A stretch of 64,000 bases of DNA. Source: Malacoraja senta. Taxonomy: Eukaryota. The translations under genes and the position numbers were made by a program. The notes beneath the pieces were generated by a model, which saw only the letters and a list, made by a program, of their open reading frames with translations, had not been told where the DNA came from and did not search any database. The stretch spans positions 4,404,001 through 4,468,000 of the forward strand of contig CM075999.1 in NCBI GenBank assembly GCA_038087875.1, given 5' to 3'. This document shows, piece after piece, positions 28,594 through 41,322 of the stretch (its first letter is position 1; the number at the start of each line of letters is the position of its first letter).

Positions 28594-29905
28594 GTGTAGG
28601 AAAGAACTGCAGATGCTGGTTTAACTCAAAGATAGACACAAAATGCTGGAGTAACTCAGCACGACAGGCAGCATCTCTGAAGAGAAGGAATGGGTGACGT
28701 TTCGGGTCAAGACCGTTCTTCAGACTGATGTCAGGGGAGTGGGTGGTACAGAGATAAAATGTAGACGGAGACAGTAAGATTGGCAGGAGAACTGGGAAGG
28801 GAGAGGGGATGGAGAGAGAGAGAGAGGGAAAGCAAGGGCTACTTGAAGTTAGAGAAGTCAATGTTCATACCGCTTCGGGTGTAAGCTACCCAAGCGAAAT
28901 ATGAGGTCCTGTTTCTGGAGGAGGCCCAGCACAGAAAGGTCAGTGTGGGAATGGGACAGAGAATTAAAGTGTTGAGCAACCGGGAGAACAGGTAGGTTTA
29001 GGCAAACTGAGCGGAGATGTTCAGCAAAACGATCGCCGAGCCTGCGCTTGGTCTCGCCAATATACAAGAGTCCACACCTAGAACAGCGGATACAGTAGAT
29101 GAGGTTGGAGGAGGTGCAAGTGAAGCTCTGCCTCGCCTGAAAAGACTGTTGGGGTCCTTGGACGGAGTCGAGGGGGGAGGTATAGGGATAGGTGTTGCAC
29201 CTCCAGCGGTTGCAGGGGAAAGTACCTGGAGAGGGGCTGGTTTAGGTGGGAAGGGACGAGGTGTCCAGGGAGTTGCGGAGGTTACGGTCTCTGCGAAAAG
29301 CAGAAAGGGATGGAGATGGGAAGACGTGGCTAGTAGTGGGATCCCATTTGAGGTGGCGAAAATGTCAGAGAATTAGGTGATGCGACAGCTGATGGTGTGC
29401 TGTGTGCGAAGCCGAGGACAAGGGGGACTCTGTCCTTGTTACGAAAGGGGGGGTGGGGGAGGGGAGCAAGAGCGGAGCTGAGGGATATCCAGGTGACCCC
29501 AGTGACAGCCTCATCTATAATGGGAGAGGGGTACCCCCGTTCCTTAAAGAATGAGGACATCTGGTATGGAACACCTCATGCTGGACGTAGATGCGACGTA
29601 GACGGAGGAATTGGGAGTAGGGGATAGAGTCTTCACAGGAAGCAGGGTGGGAAGAAGTGTAGTCTAGATAGCTATGGGAGTCAGTGGGTTTGTAATAGAT
29701 GTCAGTGGATAATCTGTCTCCTGTTATGGCGACGGTGAGATCTAGACGGTGAGATCATCCAAGTGAATTTGAGTGCAGGATGGAAATTAGTCATGAAGTT
29801 GAAGAAGTCAGTGAGCTCTGCATGGGTGCAGCAGGTCGCATTGATGCAGTTGTCAATGTAGCGGAAGTAGAGTTTGGGGATAGGGCCAGTGTACGCCTGG
29901 AACAA
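28594..29905 (-). mobile_element. Penelope-like retroelement (Neptune-like): RT C-terminus, Cys linker, GIY-YIG, 3' terminal repeat
   Basis: YFRYIDN.. RT motif, F.ERGYP, PCNRWRCNT linker, YIGETKRRLGDRFAEHLRSV endonuclease. Confidence 0.92.
28692..28728 (-). ncRNA. Minimal type I hammerhead ribozyme motif in the Penelope 3' repeat (predicted)
   Basis: Minus strand AGT CTGAAGA A CGGT CTTG ACCC GAAA CGTC ACC: CUGANGA and GAAA cores, stem II, palindromic ACGU and GUC cleavage triplet. Confidence 0.65.
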
Positions 29906-30900
29906 GAGTCAAGAGTGTTTTATTGTCATATGCCCCAGATAGGACAATGAAATCCTTATTGCTGCAGCACAACAGAATTTGTAAACATAGTACATATTGG
30001 GAGGGGAAAAAAAAAAGGTTCAGTGTGTATATATATTCAAACACACACACGCAATAAATAAACAAATATAGTGCAATAATAGTAATAGTCTGTTGCAGTC
30101 CAGAGCTTATTTGTTGTCGTGTTTAATAGCCTGATGGCTGTAGGGAAGAAGCTGTTCATGAACCTGGACGTTACAGTTTTCAGGCTCCAGTACCTTCTTC
30201 CCGATGGTAGTGGTGAAAGGAGTGTGTGGCCAAGATGGTGTGGGTCTTTGATGATATTGACTGCCTTTGAGGCAGCAACTTCGATAGATCCCTTCGAATG
30301 GTGGGGAGGTCAGAGCCGGTGATGGACTGGGCAGTGGTCAAAACTTTTTGCAGTCTTTTCCGTTCCTGGACATTCAAGTTGCTGAATAAGGCCCCGATGC
30401 AACCAGTTAGTATGCTCTCTACTGTACACCTGTAGAAGTTCAAGAGAATCCTCGTTGACTTCCGAAATCTCCGTAGTCTTCTCAGGAAGTAGAGGCGCTG
30501 AGGTGCCTTCTTTATAATTGCCTCAGTATGCTGGGACCAGGAAAGATCTTCGGAAATATGCACGCCCAGGAATTTGAAGTTTTTGACCCTCTCCACCATT
30601 GTCCCAGGATTGTGGGTCCTCATCCTTCCTCTAACAAAGTCCACAAATCAATTTCTTGGTTTTACTGATGTTGAGAGCCAGGTTTATTGTGCTGGCACCA
30701 TTTGGTCAATCGGTCAATCTCATTTCTATCCTCTGACTCGTCACCATCTGTAATTCGTCCTACAACAGTCGTGTCTTCGGCGAACTTGATGATGGAGTTC
30801 ACACTATGTCCGGCTACACTGTCATGGGTATAGTGAGTAAAGCAGGGGGCTGAGCACACAGCCTTGAGGTGCTCCCGTTCCGATTGTTGCCGAGGATGAA
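29906..30900 (-). mobile_element. Rex1/Babar LINE 3' fragment
   Basis: IIKFAEDTTVVGRI, FKFLGVHISEDLSW, QRLYFLRRL; tail aataaaacactcttgactcttg. Confidence 0.88.
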
Positions 30901-32088
30901 GCTAGTCACTGGCAGCCAACAAAAAAAAGCCCCCTTTATTGCCATTCTTTGCCTTCTGCCATCCAGCCAACCTGATATCCATGCTAGTATCTGCCCTATG
31001 ATCCCATGGGCTCTCATCTTCCTTAGCAACCTTCCGTGTCGTGCCTTATCAAGGGCTTTTTGAAAATCTAGGAAAACAACATCTACTGACTCTCCTTTGT
31101 CTGTCCTACTATTGCCAGCCAAGACCTCCCCTTCACAAAACCATGCTGACTTTAGCCTATTTTATCATGAACTTCTAAGTACTCTGTAACCTCATCCTTT
31201 GTTAAGGACTCTATAATGTTACCAACCACCGTTAGACTAACCAGCCTATAGTTCCCACTATTCTGCTTTGCTCGATTGTGCAGCGGGGTCATATTTGCAA
31301 TTTTCAAATCTCAAATCTCCTGACTCTAGCGATTCTTGAAATATCACTATCAATGCCTCCACATTTTCTAAAGCCACCTCTTTCAGAACCCCAGTGTGCA
31401 GTCCATCTGGTCCAGGTGACTCATCCACCTCCAGCCATTTCTGCTTCCCAAGCACCTTCTCCCTAGTAATTGCCACTCCACTAACTTCCACCCCCTGACT
31501 CTCTTGAATTTCAGGCATGTCCCTGGTGTCTTCCACTATGGAGACTGATGCAAAAAAGTTATTCAACTCCTCTGCCATTTCTTTATTCCCCATTACTACT
31601 TCGCCAACATTTTCCAGCAGCCCAATGTCCACTCTTGCCTCTTTCTTACTATTTATATAACTGAAGAAATTCATGCTATTCTCTTTTATATTATTAGCTA
31701 GCCTACCTTCATATCTCCCCGTATTGCCTTTTTAGTTACCTTCTCTTGTTCTTTAAAAGTTTCTCAATCCTTGGGCTTCCCACTAATCTTTGCAATTTAT
31801 GCCTTCTCTTTTAGTTTTCTACTGTCCTTGATTTTTCTTGTCAGCCACGGTCACCTCTTTCTCCCCCTAGAATCCATCTTCCTCTTTGGAATGAAAAGAT
31901 TCTGCATCTTCCCAATTATTCCTGTCATTGCTGTTGCAATGACAGGAATAATTGTCAGGAATAAGGTCCTTTTCCAGTCAACTTTGACCCTCCCTCATGC
32001 CGCTATAGTCCCCTTTGCTCAGTTGCAATACCGACACATCCAATTTCACCTTCTCCCTCTCAAATTGCAGATTAAAACTTTGTGGTCT
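30900..32088 (-). mobile_element. Older CR1 ORF2 fragment
   Basis: FLDFQKA.DK, SPGPDGLH, MAEELNNFFASV. Confidence 0.85.
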
Positions 32089-32089
32089 T

Positions 32090-35000
32090 TAGAAACATAG
32101 AAAATAGGTGCAGGAGTAGGCCATTCGGCCCTTCGAGCCTGCACCGCCATTCAATATGATCATGGCTGATCATCCAACTCAGTATCCTGTACCTGCCTTC
32201 TCTCCATAACCCCTGATCCCTTTAGCCACAAGGGCCACATCTAACTCCCTCTTAAATATAGCCAATGAACTGGCCTCAACTACCTTCTGTGGCAGAGAGT
32301 TCCAGAGATTCACCACTCTCTGTGTGAAAAATGTTTTTCTCATCTCGGTACTAAAGGATTTCCCCTTAATCCTTAAACTGTGACCCCTTGTCCTGGACTT
32401 CCCCAACATCGGGAACAATCTTCCTGCATCTATCCTGTCCAACCACTTAAGAATTTTGTAAGTTTCTATAAGATCCCCCCTCAATCTTCTAAATTCTAGC
32501 GAGTACAAGCCGAGTCTATCCAGTCTTTCTTCATATGAAAGTCCTGACATCCCAGGAATCAATCTGGTGAACCTTCTCTGTACTCCCTCTATGGCAAGAA
32601 TGTCTTTCCTCAGATTTGGAGACCAAAACTGTACGCAATACTCCAGGTGTGGTCTCACCAAGACCCTGTACAACTGCAGTAGAACCTCCCTGCTCCTATA
32701 CTCAAATCCTTTTGCTATGAATGCTAACATACCATTCGCTTTCTTCACTGCCTGCTGCACCTGCATGCCTACTTTCAATGACTGGTGTACCATGACACCC
32801 AGGTCTCGTTGCATCTCCCCTTTTCCTAATCGGCCACCATTTAGATAAGTCTACTTTCCTGTTTTTGCCACCAAAGTGGATAACCTCACATTTATCCACA
32901 TTATACTGCATCTGCCATGCATTTGCCCACTCACCCAGCCTATCCAAGTCACCTTGCAGCCTCCTAGCATCCTCCTCACAGCTAACACTGCCCCCCAGCT
33001 TCGTGTCATCCGCAAACTTGGAGATGTTGCATTCAATTCCCTCGTCCAAATCATTAATATATATTGTAAATAGCTGGGGTCCCAGCACTGAGCCTTTCTG
33101 TACCCCACTAGTCACTGCCTGCCATTCTGAAAAGGACCCGTTTACTCCTGCTGTTTGCCAGCCAGTTCTCTATCCACATTAATACTGAACCCGCAATACC
33201 GTGTGCTTTAAGTTTGTATACTAATCTCTTATGTGGGACCTTGTCGAAAGCCTTCTGAAAGTCCAGATATAACACATCCACTGGTTCTCCCTTATCCACT
33301 CTACTGGTTACATCCTCGAAAAATTATATAAGATTCGTCAGACATGATTTACCTTTCGTAAATCCATGCTGACTTTGTGCTTTCATCACTTTCCAAATGT
33401 GCTGCTATCCCATCTTTAATAACTGACTCTAGCAGTTTCCCCACTACCGATGTTAGACTTACTGGTCTGTAATTCCCCGTTTTCTCTCTCCCTCCCTTTT
33501 TAAAAAGGGGGGTTACATTAGCTACCCTCCAATCCTCAGGAACTACTCCAGAATCTAAGCAGTTTTGAAAAATTATCACTAATGCATCCACTATTTCTGG
33601 GGCTACTTCCTTAAGTACTCTGGGATGCAGCCTATCTGGCCCTGGGGATTTATCGGCCTTTAATCCATTCAATTTACCTAACACCACTTCCCGGCTAACC
33701 TGGATTTCACTCAGTTCCTCCATCTCATTTGACCCGCGGTCCCCTGCTATATCCGGCAGATTATTTATGTCTTCCTTAGTGAAGACAGAACCAAAGTAGT
33801 TATTCAATTGGTCTGCCATGTCCTTGTTCCCCATGATCAATTCATCTGTTTCTGACTGCAAGGGACCTACATTTGTTTTAACTAATCTCTTTCTCTTCAC
33901 ATATCTATAAAAACTTTTGCAGTCAGTTTTTATGTTCCCTGCCAGTTTTCTTTCATAATCTATTTTCCCTTTCCTAATTAAGCCCTTTGTCCTCCTCTGC
34001 TGGACTTTGAATTTCTCCCAGTCCTCTGGTAGGCTGCTTTTTCTGGCTAATTTGTACGCCTCATCTTTTGTTTTGATACTATCCCTGAGTTCCCTTGTTA
34101 TCCACGGATGCACTACCTTCCCTGATTTATTCTTTTGCCAAACTGGGATGAACAATTTTTGTAGTTCATCCATGCAGTCTTTAAATGCCTTCCATTGCAT
34201 ATCCACCGTCAACCATTTAAGAATCAATTGCCAGTCAATCTTGGCCAATTCACGTTTCATACCCTCAAAGTTACCTTTCTTTAAGTTCAGAACCCTTGTT
34301 TCTGAATTAACAATGTCACTCTCCATCCTAATGAAGAACTCAACCATATTATGGTCACTCTTGCCCAAGGGGCCACGCACAACAAGACTGCTAACTAACC
34401 CTTCCTCATTACTCAATACCCAGTCTAGAATAGCCTGCTCTCTCGTTGGTTCCTCTACATGTTGGTTTAGAAAACTATCCCGCATACATTCCAAGAAATC
34501 CTCTTCCTCAGCACCCCTGCCAATTTGATTCACCCAATCTATATGTAGATTGAAGTCACCCATTATAACTGTTTTACTTTTGTTGCACGCATTTCTAATT
34601 TCCTGTTTGATGCCATCCCCAACTCCACTACTACTGTTAGGTGGCCTGTACACAACACCCACTAGCGTTTTCTGCCCCTTAGTGTTTCGTAGCTCTACCC
34701 GTATCGATTCCACATCCTCCAAACTAATATCCTTCCTTTCCATTGCGTTAATCTCCTCTCTAACCAGCAACGCTACCCCACCTCCTTTTCCTTTCTGTCT
34801 ATCCCTCCTGAATATTGAATATCCCTGGATGTTCAGCTCCCAGCCTTGGTCACCCTGGAGCCATGTCTCCGTGATCCCAACTATATCATAATCATTAATA
34901 GCTATCTGCACATTCAACTCATCCACCTTATTACGAATGCTCCTTGCATTGAGACACAAAGCCTTCATGCTTGTTTTTACAACGCTCTTACCCCTTATAT

Positions 35001-35482
35001 AATTATGTTGAAAAGTGGCCCTTTTTGATTTTTGCCCAGGATTTGCCTGCCTGCCACATTTACTTTTCACCTTGTTACCTATTGCTTCTACCCTCATTTT
35101 ACACCCCTCTGTCTCTCTGCTCACACATTTAAGAAACCCACCACCTCTTATTCTGTTTATTATTTATTTCTTCTTTCCCCCCTACGTGTTGGGTCTGAGT
35201 GCTTCCCTTCTCTGCCTCCTGCACCGTCTACAACCTTCCTCTATTTGAGTCCCTCCCCCCAACCGTTCTAGTTTAAAGTCTCCCCTGTAGCCTTTGGAAA
35301 TCTCCCCGCCAGGATATTGGTCCCCCTCGGGTTCAAGTGCAATCCGTCCTTTTTGTACAGGTCACACCTTCCCCAAAAGAGGTCCCAATGATCCAGAAAC
35401 TTGAATCCCTGCCCACTGCACCAGTCCTTCAGCCACGTATTTATCCTCCACCTCGCTCCATTCCTACTCTCACTGTCGCGTT
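32090..35482 (-). mobile_element. Young 5'-truncated CR1 LINE (ORF1 esterase end, 591-aa APE/RT ORF, RT C-terminus with few indels)
   Basis: ORFs 33349..35124, 33108..33299, 32702..33115, 32179..32814; same subfamily as 5393-8846. Confidence 0.97.
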
Positions 35483-36018
35483 CCTCACTGTTCCTAGTGT
35501 TTCCTTTACCTTGAGTTTCCTTTTAAAATATTTAAAAGTCATTTGGACAGGTACATTAAAAGAAAAGGCTTAGAGGGATATGGGCCAAACGAGCAAATGG
35601 GGCTAGCTTTGATAGACATCTTTGGGCCTTAAGGCCTGCTTCTGTGCACCAAGATCACACTGTACATATGAATTACTGTAAAATTTTATTTTACATACAA
35701 GCTCCTAAAGTGCAATACCTCACACATGTCTGAATTAAATTGCATTTGTCATTGCTCTGCTTTAGCTGATATGGTACTGTATCTTTTAGCAACCTTCCTC
35801 ATTGTCCATTGCTCCACCAATCTGTGTCGTCTGCAAACTTACTGATTGGTCCACCTAAAACTTTGTCCAAAACATTTACAAATATAACAAACGGAGGTTC
35901 CAGCACTTCACTCTACAGAACACCACTGGTCACAGACAACCTGACAGAATAGCACCCCCGCCACCACCATCCTCATTCTTCCATGGCCAAGACAATTTTA
36001 AATCCAATCTACCAAGCC

Positions 36019-36505
36019 CAGAGCTGCCAAGTTTTGTCAGAGCATTTCAGTATTCTAATACCTGGAAATCAGTATTTTTATGCGGCGCCATTTTGCTGAA
36101 AAAAATGTAGTTTTTTAATGTACGGTCATACCCATGTAAGTGTACAAGAATGCATAACTTTGCTACCAATTGATATGTCTTTTTCGTACCTTACTTAACA
36201 GTGCATTCATTGCCATGTCTTTGTATTCTTGTTTGAACGGCTGCTTCCTGCTTTTAGCACCAGATGATGATGTTGAAGCCATTTTGGAAGCCTCCCTCAC
36301 TCTCTCTCCCCCCTTCCTCGCTTTCCCTCCCTCTCCCTCCCCCTTTCCTGCCTTTTTTTCTCCCTCCCCCTTATTCCCTCCCACTCCAAAGAGTCTGTGA
36401 CCCATAGCGCTGTGGTCATAGTGCTATGTGTAAAGGCAATAGCGCTCCGGCTGGTAGCGCTATAATTAGAACCCATAGCGCTAAACTGACAGCGCTGTTT
36501 AAACC
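36019..36505. mobile_element. Truncated hAT-like non-autonomous element
   Basis: Begins CAGAGCTGCCAA (CAGRGYTGCCA-type hAT end); partner TIR not found; inserted in an old CR1. Confidence 0.5.
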
Positions 36506-37033
36506 TACCCCTAATAACCCCATGTTTTTCCCCCAAATGTGAGTAAATCCTATCCCTAAAAATTCCTTCCAGGAGTTCAATGCCACATGCACCAGATATG
36601 AACAGAAATAGCGAAATTTTCACTTTCAATTACTGTGCAGGCGACAACAACATATAGTAAACTAAAACTTATTCTTCAATAGCTTTGCATACCACTGATG
36701 AGGCTCATTGGCCTCTAATTTCCTGGATTATCCCTATTTCTCTTCTTAAACAAATACACACGCTATTTTCCATTCTTCAGGGATCTGGCTATTCTCCAGT
36801 CCTTTGCGATCTCACCTACCACTAGAGAGGATACACTCTGCCAAGGCCCCAGCAATCTCCTCTCTTGCATCTCTCAATAACTTGGGACGAGGATCCCATC
36901 AAGCCCTGGAAACTTATACACCTTAATGACAGGAGTCCAGCTCATGCAGATAACTGGGAATAGTATAGGTAGGCATCAGGTTCAGCATGGACAGGTTGGG
37001 CCAAAGGGCCAATTTCTGTGCTGTATAGCATTA

Positions 37034-38765
37034 CCAGCATCACATGGGAGGGCTGGTCCCGCAACGCAATATCCACCTCCACACCAATTCCAATATTGGT
37101 GGCCAGTGGGGGGGGGGGGCGTTGGGGCTTTCTGGAGCGCTAGTGTGGGTGTTGTGGTCTGAAGGGACTGGGTTCCAGAGGGCTAGTATAGACAATGTGG
37201 GCCGAATGGATTCTTGTGCTGGCGGCTCAGTCAGTTGTGATGGCAGCTCACTCACTCACGGCTGGTGGGCCGGCTATTCCTTGAAATTCCATTTCAAGTA
37301 GGGTGCAAGGCCACCAAATTCAAGTGCAGTTTCTTACCACTTCAAGCAGGGTGCAAGGCCACCAAATTCAAGTGCAGTTTCATACCATTTCAAGCAGGGT
37401 GCAAGGCCACTAAAGACAGCGAGTCATGACCTCTCCCTCTTCCATCTTGCAGAGACTGAGCCATGCCCACATTTCTGGGTTCTATAGTCCCTCCCACCAG
37501 AAGGGGCGTGGCCTTCATGGCATGATTGACAGAAGAGATAATCTCAACATATTTAAAACACTAATAACTCTTATTTTTCATCGATGGGAAAAATCCTCGG
37601 CACCTGATGAGCTGAGGGGGACTGAGTAAGATGGCCAAAAATCACAGCCGTACGTAGTAGCGTTTTTTCTAAAATCAATATAAAGCACAAACAGGAAGTG
37701 GTCAAGATTGAACTTTTAATTATATAGAAGGCAAGGCAACTTTAATTAGGCTCGGCAACTTTAATTAGGCAATAGACAACAGGTGCAGGAGTAGGCCATT
37801 CGTCCCTTCGAGCCAGCACAGCCATTCAATGTGATCATCCACAATCAGTTCCCACCTTCTCCCCATATCCCCCGACTCCACTATTTTTAAGAGCCCTATC
37901 TAGCTCTCTCTTGAAAGCATCCGGAGAACCCGCCTCCACCACCCTCTGAGGCAGAGAATTCCACAGACTCACCACTCTCTATGAGAAAAAGTGTTTCCTC
38001 GTCTCCGTTCTAAATGGCTTACTCCTTATTCTTAAACTGTGGCCCCTGGTTCTGGACTCCCCCAACATCGAGAACATGTTTCCTGCCTCTAGCATGTCCA
38101 AACCCTTAACAATCTTATATGTTTCAAGGCAAGGCAACTTTAATTAGGCAAGGCAACTTTAATTAGGCAACACAGCTTTAGCATTTCAAAACCAAAGGCA
38201 ACACAGCTTTAGCATTTCCAAACCAAAGGCAACACAGCTTTACCATTTCCAAACCAAAGGCAACACAGCTTTAACATTTCCAAACCAAAGGCAACACAGC
38301 TTTAGCATTTCCAAACCAAAGGCAACACAGCTTTAGCATTTCCAAACCAAAGGCAACACAGCTTTAGCATTTCCAAACTATATTTTCAAACCACATTAAG
38401 GGCACTGACAGGTCAGTAAAACCACTCAGTTTAGTAGACATGTGTTCAGTGTTGTTCACAGCTCAGACTGAGAGATGTGACCCTCTCACTCTCCCATCTT
38501 GCAGAGACTGACTGAGGCACTCAACACTTCTGGGTTTTATAGTCCCTCTGGAAGGGGCATGGCCTTCAGGAGAGAGAATCTCAACATTTTTAAAATACTA
38601 ATAACTCTTTTATTTTTCATCGATGGGAAAAATCCTCTTGTCCTATGCAGCAGAGGGGGCTTCTGAGTAAGATGGCCAAAAATCACAGCCATAAGTGGCA
38701 GCGCTTTTTCTAAAATCAATACACAGAACAGGAAGTGGTCAAGATCAGACTTTTAGTAATATAGA
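37034..38765 (-). mobile_element. Composite non-autonomous Helitron (two heads), 3' hairpin deleted
   Basis: A|TCTATATTACTAAAAGT at 38765 and a second TCTATATAATTAAAAGT at 37728; inverted homolog of 47350-52060; CR1 tail nested at ~37772-38127. Confidence 0.85.
38168..38378. repeat. 31-bp minisatellite, about 6.5 copies, within Helitron
   Basis: Unit aaaccaaaggcaacacagctttagcatttcc. Confidence 0.92.
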
Positions 38766-40164
38766 TACCTGATTCTTAGAACTGAAGCAGCAGAGGATAA
38801 TTAATTAAAACTATTGTAATATTTGTCCATATCTTGAAGTCATGTCAACTGTGTAAAATTCTGGTCACATCCATTTCAAGGTACTGCATCTTTGGCCTAA
38901 AGAGAATGCCAATAATCCCAGAACATAATTAATCCCAGAACATAAATACTTTATATCAAAAATTATTTAAAAAAAGGTTTAAATCCACTAGCATGTAGGA
39001 AGTTAAGGTCTGTTCTAATCATGGCAAATGACATGATTAAAGTGAGAAGGTCGCATTTTTTTTTCTGGCAGAAAGGTCCAGAATAAGAGGACTCGATAAA
39101 ACTTTCTTGTTTGTAGATAGGTGCTCTCTTACATTACTAGATGTTGTAAAGCACCACTTCTCCACACAAAGGGAGTAGAAATCTAGAACCTTTGGGGATT
39201 AGACAAAAGATTGTAAAATTGGTTAGGCAAGGGTAGATTTAAATTATAAAGCCAGATGAATTCAAGATACACCAGCAATTATCCAATCCAGTAGCAGAAA
39301 AGAATAGCCTCCAAGCTCCAAGTTTTGAAAGAACAAAAAGTCATGGTTACTATCACCAAAGTGAACTCCAAATGGACACTCCCTCCACCTGACCAGCTGC
39401 ATTCCCCAAAATAAAGATCCAGTTATTTCCTTCTCTCATTCATCTATTTACATATAGGTATCAGGCTTCTGAACAGTCCTTCCTGCACTAGGGTACTGTC
39501 AGATTCATTTCTACCCCATTGCTGACATTGGACTTTGGCTATGGAACTGATGCTCAACAATATGAGAACTATATTCTGCACTCTGTATCTTCACATCTAT
39601 TGTGAGTGTGACTTTTGTAATTATGTAAAGTTTTACCTGATCTGTTTGGATGGCATACAAAACAAAGCCTTGGCACACGTGACAATAACACTAAACTTAA
39701 AGGTAGTTCCGCTATGAAGCTCGTTTTCATATCACCAATTGGATTTAACACGACTAATGAAATACTATTTCCATTATGCAAGCCTAATTGTTTATAATAC
39801 AATAGACAATAGGTGCAGGAGTAGGCCATTCGGCCCTTTGAGCCAGCACCGCCATTCAATATGATCATTGGCTGAATACAATTCCAATCTAGAACTAAAT
39901 ATCGAGACGTTACTTTTGAAATTGGCAACTGGGGTAGAAAGTATAAAGGGAAAACATTTTTTCCTTGCAACCTCCCTGCTGCAATCAACGCCATTATTCC
40001 TCAAGATATAGGCGGCTAGTTTTACCACAGGTAGCTACTGAAATTGACAAGCACTTGCTTCCATTGTCACTTGTACAATGATACTCTATTACACAAAGCA
40101 ACATACAGCCTTTAGCATTTTCCTGGCAGTATCATAAACAAAACAATAAAACTTGGTTCACTCA

Positions 40165-40560
40165 TCAGGTACTTTCCCCAGCAACCACAAGAGAAACAAC
40201 ACCTGCCCTCATACCTTCTCCCTCAACTCCATCCAGGGACCCCGTCAGTCCTTCCAGGCAAGACAGATTCACATGCACCTTCTCTAACCTCATCTACTGC
40301 ATCCGGTATCCTGACGCAGGCTCCTGTACATTGACGAGTCCAAACGCAGACTTGACGACAGCTTCACTGAACACTTGAACACACTTGGTCTGCTAAGGGT
40401 GACTGGATCTCCCAGTTGATGCCCATCTCATTCCCACTCTGATATTTCTGCCTGGGCCTCCTCTATTGCCAGAGGCCAAACACAAATTGTAGGAACAGCA
40501 CCTCATATTTAGCTTACAACCCAGCAGAATGAACATTGAATTCTGTAACATTATTTAACT
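40165..40560 (+). mobile_element. Degenerate Penelope GIY-YIG fragment
   Basis: SNLIYCI...YIDESKRRLDDSFTEHL-like remnant, homologous to 28850-29230. Confidence 0.75.
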
Positions 40561-41107
40561 TCTATATACACTCCCCTCCCCATTGCACTATAACAAAAAT
40601 AAATAAATAAATAGAATTTGATGTAATATACTAAAAAAAAGACCCTTGTATAAAATAACGGTGTTATTATGAGTCCAAAGCTTTCTAGCCCCTAACCTCC
40701 TGTTCCCCATTGACACAATAGTTATAATGCAACATTCTATAACTATCGTGCTATAGCAGTAGTATCTGTACTGCATTAAAAAGCTCTCCTGCACACGTTT
40801 AAAAGATTCTGCCCCCGCTGAGTCTTTAACACTAGATTGTTAATTAATTGTTTCCCTGGATTGGCAGTTTTATTGAAGGGCTTGTTGATAAATTGACCAA
40901 ATTGTCAGCTAACTTGGATAGACCTCTTGGAATGTCCATATATACAAATCATTTTTAAGACAAAACGGACATTTGCCAACATTTACAATTGAAAATTTCT
41001 GAAGAGAACATATTTCAAAACCTTACCAACCCATCTCTTTCTCAATTTAACAAATCAAATCAGAGAGGTCCATACAACAAATTTACAAACCACTTAGATT
41101 TATGGGG

Positions 41108-41322
41108 ATAGATATAAAAAGCTGGAGTAACTCAGCAGGACAGGCAGCATCTCTGGAGAGAAGGAATGGGTGACATTTCAGGTCTAGAAGGGTTTCAGGT
41201 TCAGAAGAAGGGTCTCAACCCAAAACGTCACCCATTCCTTCTCTCCAGAGATGCTCCAGTCCCGCTGAGTTACTCCAGTTTTTTGTGTCTATCTTCGGTT
41301 TAAACCAGCATCTGCAGTTCCT
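41108..41322. mobile_element. Palindromic Penelope terminal-repeat unit
   Basis: Inverted arms gctggagtaactcagc...gagaaggaatgggtgac / gtcacccattccttctc...gctgagttactccag. Confidence 0.8.

Noticed and set aside
33349..35124. 591-aa ORF as host gene or active autonomous LINE
   Set aside because: It is CR1 ORF2; the element is 5'-truncated and the RT is broken by frameshifts.
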